From positions 68,262,001 through 68,326,000 of the forward strand of contig OX597827.1 of the NCBI GenBank assembly GCA_951406725.2: a stretch of 64,000 nt of DNA. Direction: 5' to 3'. Both the position numbers and the translations under genes were made by a program. The notes under the pieces are model-generated. The model worked only from the letters and a program-made list of their open reading frames with translations. It was not told the DNA's origin and ran no database searches. Origin of the DNA: Octopus vulgaris. Its lineage: Eukaryota. Of this stretch, positions 53,712-64,000 are shown in pieces. Every line of letters begins with the position of its first letter. The first letter of the stretch is position 1.

Positions 53712-54480
53712 ACAAAACCTGAAAGAAATGTGTGTGTGTGTGTATGTGTCCCCTTTGCCAGCGCTTCATAACTGGCGTTGTTTTGCTTACATCAAGTCGG
53801 TGCTCCAGCATGTCCGCAATCCAGTTATGGAAACAAGTAAAAGATAAAAGATTAATACTAGTTTCAAACACTGGCAACCTTTTGAAGGAGGTGGATAGAC
53901 AAATTATATCTGCTGCAGTAATTAACTGCTAATCCTGCCGACCCGGACTGTGTAACGACGAAGTTTGGTCTTGGCATTTTCCTACTGCTCTGCTAATTCT
54001 GTCAATCCAGCCCCGTTCCAAATAACATTAGCATTAAAATGCTCGCACATAAAGTCTACAGTATGTGAAGGAAAAACATAGTAAGATAGGATACTGAATG
54101 GTAAGCATTTAAATTCTGAAAAGACTGTAACTGAAAAAAAGTATTACATTTTGAATTTACAGTTTTAAAAAAATAGAGAAAAATAACGTAAATTTGAACC
54201 TTTAATGAACAGGTTTCTTTAGGTTTTGGTAAACTGTGATAAACAGTTTTCTTTTGTTTAAAAAATATAAATTAAGAAAGAACAGTATAAACAATTATTG
54301 TAAAAGATATAATGATAAGGCAGAAAACAAAGGAAGAAGTCGCAGTTTCGATTCAGAGCGAAAGTAGACGTTATCGAAAGGTTTAAGTGTAAAAAGGAAT
54401 TCACGGTTTCATATCGCAGCGGGAGCGAGAAGACCGTCTCATTTGCATTATATATATATATATACCATTTCACATAGAAA

Positions 54481-54900
54481 GGCGGCAAGCTAGCAGAAAC
54501 GTTAGCACGCCGGGCGAAATGCGTAGCCATGTTTCGTCTGCCGCTACGTTCTGAGTTCAAATTCCGCCGAGGTCGACTTTGCCTTTCATCCTTTCGGGGG
54601 TCGATGAATTAAATACCAGTTACGCACTGGGGTCGATATAATCGACTTAATTCGTTTGTTTGACCTTGTTTGTCCCTTCTATGTTTAGCCCCTTGTGGAT
54701 AATAAAGAAACACATATTTCGTCTGCCGCTACGTTCTGAGTTCAAATTCCGCCGAGGTCGACTTTGCCTATCATCCTTTCGGGGGGGGTCGATGAATTTA
54801 ATACCAGTTACGCACTGGGGTCGATATAATTGACTTAATTCGTTTGTTTGTCCTTGTTTGTCCCCTCTATATTTAGCCCCTTGTGGGTAGTAAAGAAATA
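54481..54900 (+). mobile_element. Dimeric group A SINE
   Basis: Units 54481-54710 and 54715-54900; TSD atatata(c/t)catttcacata on both sides. Confidence 0.9.
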
Positions 54901-55598
54901 TATATATATATCATTTCACATATCATCCTTCATGTGTTTTATGTTCCCGCACGTCTTTTTGTGTCTCCTCTATATTTAGGCCTTGTGCCTGTAATAAAGA
55001 GAAAAAGTCTACAGTCTTATTTGAATTTATAGGTTACGAAAATGCAATGGAAAAATAACTATTTTGGTTAGATTTGTGATAAGCTAATGACTAACTGTAA
55101 CTTAGGGTACAATAGAGTATTTGAAAGAAAAAAAATGAAGGATAAAAAATAACATTTCCTGCTATGAAAATGGAATTTTGCTGATAGGGTTCGTTCTTGG
55201 TCAACTTTGACTCTTTAATGCGTCATCTAGCCTTGAATAGCCTTGTCACCATTTTCGTGCTGCTAAATATAATTTGACAGGAATTGAGTCATTATTACTA
55301 TTATAAAAGAAAAGTGGCAAGAAAAGAATACAAAGAAAGAAAAAAGAAACGTAAAAAAAATAAATAATAAACCAGCGTAAGGAAATGACACCGACACCAA
55401 GAATGAAGAATTTTTACTCACGGTTGTCCAAGATGCAATGATACGTTGATAGTAAACTGTGTCTCTTGTATTAATCAGGTAGAGCAACATGACTCAATAT
55501 ATTGTGACGTAAGCCAACAAATAGTGAGAATCTCTCTAAGTTAAATGAAAGTGAAACAATAAAAGATACAGTAAGCTTCAGTGTACGTCGAGTCTAGA

Positions 55599-55642
<44 letters not shown>

Positions 55643-55794
55643 ATCTATCCGTCTATAGATTATCTGTCAGTCTATCTATCTGTCTCTCTGTCTGCTTATC
55701 TGTCTGCCTATCTATAAGTCTATCTACATTATCTATCTATCTATTTATCTATCTATAAATCTATCCATCTATCTATCCATCCATCTATCTATCC

Positions 55795-55886
<92 letters not shown>

Positions 55887-55991
55887 GTCTGTCTGTCTGT
55901 CTTCTGTTTATCTATATCTGCCTATCTATATCTACCTATCTCTCTGTCTGTCTATCTATAAATCTATCTATCTATCCATCTATCTGTCATG

Positions 55992-56023
<32 letters not shown>

Positions 56024-56027
56024 CATG

Positions 56028-56074
<47 letters not shown>

Positions 56075-56077
56075 AAA

Positions 56078-56124
<47 letters not shown>

Positions 56125-56125
56125 G
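55599..56125. repeat. (TATC/TGTC)n microsatellite block ending in (TA)n
   Basis: Direct reading. Confidence 0.95.
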
Positions 56126-56309
56126 CCTATCTGTTTGTCTGTTTCTCAAAATTCCTCAGGGACGTGTTCTACATACTAAATACAAGCTTCAAATACTTTA
56201 AGTAACTAAGGTTATTCATGCAATTAGTTGATGAAAACTCATTCGATGTATGAAATATAAAAAAAAAACAAGGAAGGAAGATAATTCAAATCATGTTCCG
56301 CTAACAGGA

Positions 56310-56632
56310 AAAAGCGTGGCTGTATGGTAACAAAGTATCGCTTTGTAACTGCGTGCTTTTCAGTTCAGTCCCGCTGCACGGCACCTTGAACGAGGGTCTT
56401 GTGACAGGATTTGGTAAGTCGGAAACTGTGGGGAAACCTGATATGTGTGTGTGTAGTTTGGAACCCAACGATCACTTGAAAACCGATGCTGGTTGGTTTA
56501 CGTATCCGTAACATAGCGATTCGGTAAAGGGTTTCGATAGAATACGTACCTTAAAAGAGAACAAGTATTGGAGTCGATTTCTTCAACGAAACCCTTCAAT
56601 TCCCGCAATCTTATGAATGAAACAAGTAAAAA
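56310..56632 (+). mobile_element. SINE group B, diverged
   Basis: gcgtggctgtatggtaa...ggcaccttg...gaaacaagtaaaa. Confidence 0.75.
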
Positions 56633-56646
56633 TTATTCAAAAGCGC

Positions 56647-56672
<26 letters not shown>

Positions 56673-56677
<5 letters not shown>

Positions 56678-56916
56678 TGTTCAAAAAGTTTCTCCGCAGT
56701 GAATTTTTTTTTTCATCCTGTGCATCACTTCGCGCCACTTTAAGAGTTTTCCGGTGAACGGATTATTTCGAAAGGACTTTGGCCACCAAGATCGCCTGAC
56801 TTAACACCGCCAGACTTTTTTTTTCTTTAGTCTGGGGAGCAAGTAAAGGATCAGCGTACAAGAATCGCCCAAAAACCCATTAAATACTTACTGAGGAAAG
56901 ACTTTTTGAACACTCT
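56673..56916 (+). mobile_element. Internally deleted Tc1/mariner element retaining a transposase motif
   Basis: ERIISKGLWPPRSPDLTPPDFF (W at 56780); TIR core tgttcaaaaagt / actttttgaaca; TA at the right end. Confidence 0.85.
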
Positions 56917-57780
56917 ATATAATCAAAATTTTTTGGGGAAAGCAAAAAAATATCTGTAGATAAGAACAGGTCTTCTCTGCAATGCCAACTCAGTTCTCTG
57001 CGAAATGAATCTATCATGCCCTCACCCACACCATCCTGTCTTTCAGCCTGTTTGCTGCGTATGCGTTCGTGTTTACTGTTTATGTGTCCTTTCGCCTATC
57101 TCTAGCCTTTGCCTTGTATTCTCATTGTCTCCCACCTCACCTGACCTGGTTCTTATCACCTCTTTACCGTTTCGCCTGACCTGGTTCCTGTTATACAAAC
57201 TTTGAATATCCTAACATTTCTTCTTCCATCATACAGCTCACACACACACCCCATTCACACCACCTCTCATTGGCTTTTGCCATTCTCTCTTAGCTTCACT
57301 CCGTTCCTGTTACTTCTTTAACTTTTATTTTTCTCATTCACAATTTTGCTACCTAATGTATACTCTCTTTCTCTCTCTCTTTCTCTCTTTCTTTCTCAGC
57401 AAAAGAGGACACGTGTTCAGAATGTTAGTCTCTGTCACTCCTTATAGCCAGCCAACTTAGCAAAATATGTTACGGAAGTAATACTAATATCATAACACGA
57501 AGTAAAAATTAATATACAACACACGTCACAAATGCAAATTCTAACGCTCAAATTTTGAAGGGAAATTTTTTATAGGCATAAAGCGCCTAGATTGTTAGAA
57601 TGGAGCAGGTAAAATCCTTGCTAGCAGGCCCTCGGAAGTAATAATTACTCAACGAGAGGGGTTCTCTGTCAGCTACTCATCAGGCCGAAGATACTTGAAT
57701 CATATGAAGGTTACATTGTCGTTAATGAATCTCAGGTTAACTCGCCGGAGGTATATTTGGAAATAGGTGGAGGTATGAAA

Positions 57781-58010
57781 GCGCCGAGCTGGTAGAAACG
57801 TTAGCACGCCGGGCAAACTGCTTAGGAGTATTTCGTCCGCCACTGCGTTGTGAGTTCAAATTCCGCCGAGGTTGACTTTGCCTGTCATCCTTTCGGGGTC
57901 GATAAATTAAGTACCAGTTACGCACTGGGGTCGATGTAATCAACTTAATCTGTTTGTCTGTCCTTGTTTGTCCCCTCTGTGTTTAGCCCCTTGTGGGTAG
58001 GAAAGAAATA
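57781..58010 (+). mobile_element. SINE group A, young
   Basis: TSD aggtatgaaag on both sides. Confidence 0.92.
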
Positions 58011-59045
58011 GGTATGAAAGTGGAAGAAAAGTATATTAAAACCCTTACAAAATAATTCCTAATTTACTTTAATCCTTATCACTTCGAACGAACGTATACA
58101 AGCACTTAGCTGTTATTGCAACCGACTTTGGACGAGAAACAGAGATAAATCGCTAGCATTAAAAAATACTCCGGAATTAAACTGCCATGAAGGAAGCGAC
58201 AGACTTTGTGTGTGTGTGTTTCCGTGCGACCGCGTGTTTTCTGGACACAAGGGGAAAGCTATGAGTATGTAGTTATAAAAGAACAGGCATCCTCAGAACG
58301 GTAGTTTTTCCATCTTGACTCCTGCCAGACATAATATTTAGACACATTGGTAAACAAAGTAGAGAACAATTATAACCAAGGATAATTTGCATAATTAAAA
58401 AAAATAATGAGCCGAGAGAAATAACACAGAATAACATTGATATTTATATAACTGGGAATGTGAGTAATAGAAAATTGCTAAATAGCAATTTTATTTTGTA
58501 CCAAATTTCAACTTCAGCATGAAAACTGATTAAGTATATATTTTTCTATTAGAAAAGTGAAACATATACGTTTCTTTTAAATGAATTTCAAAGGGAAATT
58601 TATTTAATTATTTGGAACTTTGGAATCACTTCGATATACATTTACAAATTTCACTCTACAAAATTAAAAAAGAAACAAAAAATAACGAAAATACTTTAAT
58701 CAATGATATTTTTTTGATAATTTGAGTTATTTCATGACCAAATTGAAAGTGATGAATTGATAAACCGGCAAATTTGATATTTTCACTTATTAAACATTTT
58801 TGCGTTGTACTCAAATTGCATCGGGTTTGCTAAAGTATCGTCTTTAAGAAGAATTGCGTCAGCGGATAGCCAGTTAAACTTTTAATTACCAGGGGACAAA
58901 CACTTGCAATATCACGGCTAACCTGAATGTTGTGTGGAAGTCATATGGGGCACAGACATCGACTGAGAAAGGAAGCGGGAAGAAAATCTTGGAAAATTTT
59001 TGAGCGAGAGTTCATTAGCAAGGACGCAATATATATATATATATA

Positions 59046-59340
59046 TTTATATATAAAAGTGAAGTTGTGTGTCTGTCTCCTACGATTTAGATTCCTAACT
59101 ACTCCCACATTTTGCGGTGTAGTTTAACCAAAACCGGGTATCTTATAGTCGTGATTCATATCGAGCCCTTCTGGGTATTAGCGCGCGTCTACGATGAGTC
59201 TACGATTTTAAAAAAAAATTACCATCATTTTTTTCCATTTTAATGCATTTTTTCGCTATTATACAAGGGAAGTAACTCTCTAAAAATGCTTATATAGTTA
59301 TTTCCCTTACAAACCCGAGCAACGCCGGGCGATACTGCTA

Positions 59341-59341
<1 letters not shown>
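59046..59341 (+). mobile_element. Non-autonomous Helitron (body type III) in (TA)n
   Basis: cccgagcaacgccgggcgatactgCTAG|T 3' end; matches 51285-51680. Confidence 0.9.
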
Positions 59342-59379
<38 letters not shown>

Positions 59380-59582
59380 GAGGGAATATTATTCCAGACT
59401 TACAAGGGAAAAATTCAATTTAGAAATACTAAATCAAATTTCACAAAATATAATATATATCTTATATTTAATTTTTCTATTATATGTAATTTTCTAGATG
59501 GTGTAATTTAATTTTTCATTTTGAATTGATAAAAGGTGTTTTTTTAATAATTTTTATATATATACATATATACACACATACG

Positions 59583-59805
59583 CGACGGGATGCTGAAATT
59601 TTCCTGGTTTTGGGGTAAAAGAAAATACAGGAGGATCAGTTACTTATGATTTTATTCAACATATTCCCCTTCTCAGATTCAGTCACTTATTGCAGCTGTC
59701 CGACAGTTTTTCAAAGATCTGTAAAAAAAAAAGCTTGGAAGATTTGGTCTCCATCTAGGTCTTTAGTGATACCCTTAAAGCCAGGAACTTTTCAGCGCCC
59801 CCTCA
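59583..59805. mobile_element. Mariner-like MITE
   Basis: Imperfect TIRs cgacgggatgctgaaattttcctggttt / aaagccaggaacttttcagcgccccctca. Confidence 0.7.
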
Positions 59806-60032
59806 TGTGTATTGCACATGTTTCTAGAGAACAAATGGGATGTTCAGTAGTTTTCTTCTGAATTGGAAACAAGATGTTATCACCAACGAATTCAAACAGA
59901 TTGCTGATGCGTTTGAAGGTAGTCTTTATTTTGTTTTAATCTTGAACTACTTACTAAAGGCGTATTTATTTTGACAGACATTACAAACGAAATAACATAT
60001 AAACATCAATAGAATAATACTGTTAAAACACG

Positions 60033-60240
60033 ACGAGCTGGCAGAATCGTTAAGCGATCCGAGCAAAATGCTTAGCGACATTTTGTTCGTCTTTACGTTC
60101 TGAGTTCAAATTCCGCCAAGGTCGATTTTGCCTTTCGCTCTTTCAGGACCGATAAATTACATACCAGTTGGGCACTGGGTTCGATGTAATTGACTTCCCC
60201 CCATATCCTGGAAATACTGGTCTCCGGCCAAAATTTGAGA
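60033..60240 (+). mobile_element. SINE group A, older tail type
   Basis: acgagctggcagaatcgttaagc...ctgagttcaaattccgcc. Confidence 0.85.
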
Positions 60241-60843
60241 TTTAATGTAACAATACTGTCACTTTCCTCCTCACTCAAAGAAAAGGGACTTCTAAAATAT
60301 CCGTCGTTGTTCTCAGCCAACTGGACAGTTTCTTTGTCCAGTCTGCTCTCACACTAATTACCAGACACACATACACACACACAGACACACACGTCTTTGG
60401 TTTTCATTCTCATTTCCTTCTCGTTTCTGGACTTGCATTCACATTAAATGAAACTAACTTTAATTTCAACAAAAATACACTGGAGAATAAGAATTTCCGA
60501 TCCACCAGCATCTAGTTGTCCAGTGCTAATTTACAAAACACGTGACAGCTAACACTTCAATTATCTTGACAAGAGCAATTGGCAAAGTAGAGAAAACACG
60601 AGTAGAATGGAACAGGAAATAAATACCATTTATTTCATGTTGTTGAGCTCAAATTCCGACCTAGAGAAATTTCCTTTTCAGCTTCTTCCAGCCCTTTTAA
60701 GCGAGTACCAGTAACATTTTAAGTCAATTCTCTCAGCGTTATCCGTGTCTTTAAAATGTCTTCTGTCTTCATAAACAGAAATCTTTATAGATTTGGTAGG
60801 CGCCTTTTATAACACTACAGATTACATTATATTATTAGTTGGT

Positions 60844-61363
60844 TGCATTGTTGCATTAAATAATGAAGGATGATTCTTCTTCTTCTTGTCTTGAGACAGC
60901 ATTCACCCGGGGTCGGTTGAGCTGGCTTCATTCATCCTCAATGCTGCATCTCTCACAAACGCCGATCAGACCTGGCAATTTGAGGCTAACGACCGCGTGA
61001 TCTCCAACCACTCCTTATTCCAGCGGCGAACGCCGTAGATATGGGGGCCTAGGCTGGGTTCCAGATCAGCCCTGACTGTCATTTAATGCATTGTTGCATT
61101 AAATAATGAAGGATGACTCTTCTTCTTCTTCTTGTCTTGAGACAGCATTCGCCCAGGGTGGGTTGAGCTGGCTTCATTCATCCTCAATGCTGCATCTCTC
61201 ACAAACGCCGACCAGACCTGGCGATTTGAGGCTAACGACCGCGTGATCTCCAACCACTCCTTATTCCAGCGGCGAACGCCGTAGATATGGGGGCCTAGGT
61301 TGGGTTCCAAATCAGCCCTGACTGTCATTTAATGCATTGTTGCATTAAATAATGAACGATGAT
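60844..61363 (-). mobile_element. Two tandem RTE-clade LINE 3' ends separated and flanked by three copies of a target repeat of about 30 bp
   Basis: ORF 61083-61328 TVRADLEP..GP..YG.RRW...W......LASNRQVWSAFVRD is an RTE-type C-terminus; (AAG)n tails; tgcattgttgcattaaataatgaa starts at 60844, 61087 and 61333. Confidence 0.85.
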
Positions 61364-62009
61364 TGCAAAATAGTGACAAATGTATACGCTAACTGTACTA
61401 TGCATTAATTAGTCGTATGACAAAATAATTACAATATAGATGAGAACTTTTCAGACATTTTCGTTACATCATATTACGTATGACGTAATTACACACACTA
61501 AAAAATTTGTGTGTGTTCGTGTGTATTGAGTTTTTTTTTTACATCTACCATCATAGTCCCCTTTGATATATATTACTTTCTTCTCCTTTCATTTAATAGT
61601 CTTTCGTTCTCTATCTTTTCTTCCTTGTTTTCTCTCTTTCTCTTGTTTTTCTTCCTCCTGCGGAAAAATAAATACACATACATACAAAGTTATATATATA
61701 TATAATAAGGTAAAATATGTACATACAGCTCTCTCCCCTTGTGTCCAGAAAACACGAGCCTACAGACACAGACATATATAATAAAGTTATATGTCTATGT
61801 AGACAGATACAGAGGTCCCAGATGGACAGGTAGAATTTTGCTTTTATTATTATCATTATATATAATAATAATAATAATAATAATTTATTCTTTTATTAGC
61901 CACAAGGGCTCAGATACAAAATATTGAAAGGGATGCAACTACATAAAAGACAAAAATAGAACGATACAGTGGGCCTGCGTGTGTACACAGTGTAATAACA
62001 ATGAGAATC

Positions 62010-62190
62010 AACAGAATCGTTAATGAGTCGCACAAAATATTTCGCGCCATCGTTCTAAGGTCAATCTCCATCGACGTAGACTTTTTTGGGGATTCAATAA
62101 AATAAATACCATTTTGAGCACTGCGGGGTCGATGTAATGGACTATCTCCCGCCCTGCCAAATTTCAAGCCTTGTGTCTATAATAGAAAGA
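62010..62190 (+). mobile_element. SINE group A, diverged
   Basis: cagaatcgttaa...cactgcggggtcgatgtaat...aaatttcaagccttgtgtctataatagaaa. Confidence 0.65.
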
Positions 62191-63056
62191 AGTATCGGTG
62201 GTGGTATTGGTGTTGGTGATGGCGGGTTTTTTTTCTTTCTTTTTTTTTTTTTACTATTACAACTAACTTTGACTAATCATAAACGAAGTACATTCGACAG
62301 ATGAATGATTTAGTATTTCGGTGCGTGTATTTCACGCAAAAGGATTATACATACGTACAGACTCTCTTCCTCTCTCACTTTCACTTCTTCGTCTCTCTGC
62401 CTGTCTCTCTCTCTCTCTCACTCTTCCTCTCTCCCTCATTATGTCTTGTTCACACACACAAACACTCTCTCTCTGTATTTATCTATCTATCTATCTTTCT
62501 CTCGCTTTCTGTCCTTCCTCCCATATTATTCGTTCATAAAAGAACCACGTACATGTTATTCCCGTGGGTATCTTCTCGCTGTCACATATTGCGGATAATT
62601 ATTTCTCTATAAAAAGTCAACAAGATCTGCACACTTCGGATCATGTTCTTAAGAATTCCACGTCCGCCTACGCATAACATGATATTTTACTTATTGCATC
62701 TACTTTTAGATAACATTATATGTGTATGTAATATATATAACATTAGAAGCATCAAAACATTATATAATATTATAAGTGTAGAAATACATACACGCAGGTA
62801 CAGATACACGCACACATATACGCATACATACATATGGCAGTATAGATGTGTGGTTGGTGTGTGGTGAAACATATGCCTTGTAACCAAAAGGTTCCGGATT
62901 CAAAACCTGAGCGAGCCTTTCTGGACAAGTGTATTTTACTTACTAAAATTTAAGATTGGAGAATAGTTATGAATAGGATTTCGTAAGCGGAAACGGTACG
63001 AAACCCCGCCGTGTACGCGAGTTTGTGCGTGTGTAGATAGATAGATAGATAGATTG

Positions 63057-63123
<67 letters not shown>

Positions 63124-63151
63124 CAGATTGAGATAGAAAGACTGAGATAGA

Positions 63152-63335
63152 TAACTTTCTTTATTGGCTACACAAGACTGAATACAGAGGGGACAAATAC
63201 AAAAGTAGAGCTTTTCTTTTCGAAGATGGAAAAAGAAAAAAAGGAACAAAAAAGGAAACACATGTAAAATTCCGATCAAAAGGGATCGGGAGAAAAAAAA
63301 ATGGCGATCAAAAGGGATCGAGTATCACAGAAACA
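63152..63335 (-). mobile_element. Second copy of the (TATC)n-embedded retroelement 3' end
   Basis: Reverse complement aligns with 4325-4520 (ttctgtgatac.cgatccc...aagctctac...tgtccc.tctgt...aataaagaaa); (GATA)n blocks on both sides. Confidence 0.65.
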
Positions 63336-63395
63336 ATTTTTTTTTAAAGAAACAAGATTAGGTTCATCAGATAGCTGAATAGATTGAGATAGATG

Positions 63396-63460
<65 letters not shown>

Positions 63461-64000
63461 CGTCGTGTAAACAGGAAGGGGAAACAAAATGAGAAATACA
63501 TTCATTTATGTTGCTGTATATGTAGAGAAATGACCCAATGTCAAACTAATTTTGGTAATTAGTTTGATAAATGCGAAGTACGAAACCTTGGACATTATGG
63601 AGCTACATACGTAGCTTTACAACTGCGTAAAATGTAATATAAAGCGTGAATATGCGTGCGTTTGTGCTTGAATACGTGCGCGTGTTTATGTTAAACACGG
63701 GCCCTCAGAAATTCCTAGTTGGTATCCGACGTACTGGAAGACCACTGGGAGTAAGATGCCCCTTAGCTTTTATTAATGATTGTCTCTAGAACCCGGCTAC
63801 GTTTGCTCCGATGACCGGCGGATGACTTAGTCAGCTAATACCCTGCGATGCTCAACAATCGACGGCAAGATGAGTTGCTACGCATCACATTATCCCAAAG
63901 TGTGTATAAATGTGACCGGGGACCACATGTGATCTTGAACTGGGAACTCCGAACATGTATTTCACACTTCAACAGCAAACGTCGTCTACTGCTACGGCAT

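Noticed and set aside
60844-61363. Three direct repeats of about 30 bp, superficially CRISPR-like
   Set aside because: The intervening segments are near-identical LINE fragments of about 210 bp, the context is eukaryotic, and there are no cas genes

Overview
AT-rich, microsatellite-dense eukaryotic DNA. The SINE repertoire is what I associate with octopus or other coleoid cephalopod genomes (inference from recognition, not a database hit). I found no credible exon of a host protein-coding gene; most ORF-track entries are translations of SINEs or simple repeats. The window is layered transposon debris. It holds three tRNA-headed SINE groups, labelled here A (Nin/Deu-like core), B (CORE-like, internal microsatellite) and C (interchangeable heads and tails). 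It also holds five non-autonomous Helitrons, decayed Helitron Pif1-helicase coding fossils, two GG-terminated MITEs with 8-bp TSDs and internal TTAGGG repeats, Tc1/mariner and probable piggyBac remnants, two RTE-clade LINE 3' ends, and (TA)n-embedded Penelope-like remnants with degenerate type I hammerhead ribozyme motifs. Best leads: a near-complete hammerhead with a 57-nt helix II (8933-9020, minus); two independent SINE dimers with the same junction; a full head-by-tail SINE recombination matrix; and two tandem duplications whose ends coincide with retroelement ends and TSDs. Family labels are mine. All TE protein matches were made by eye.
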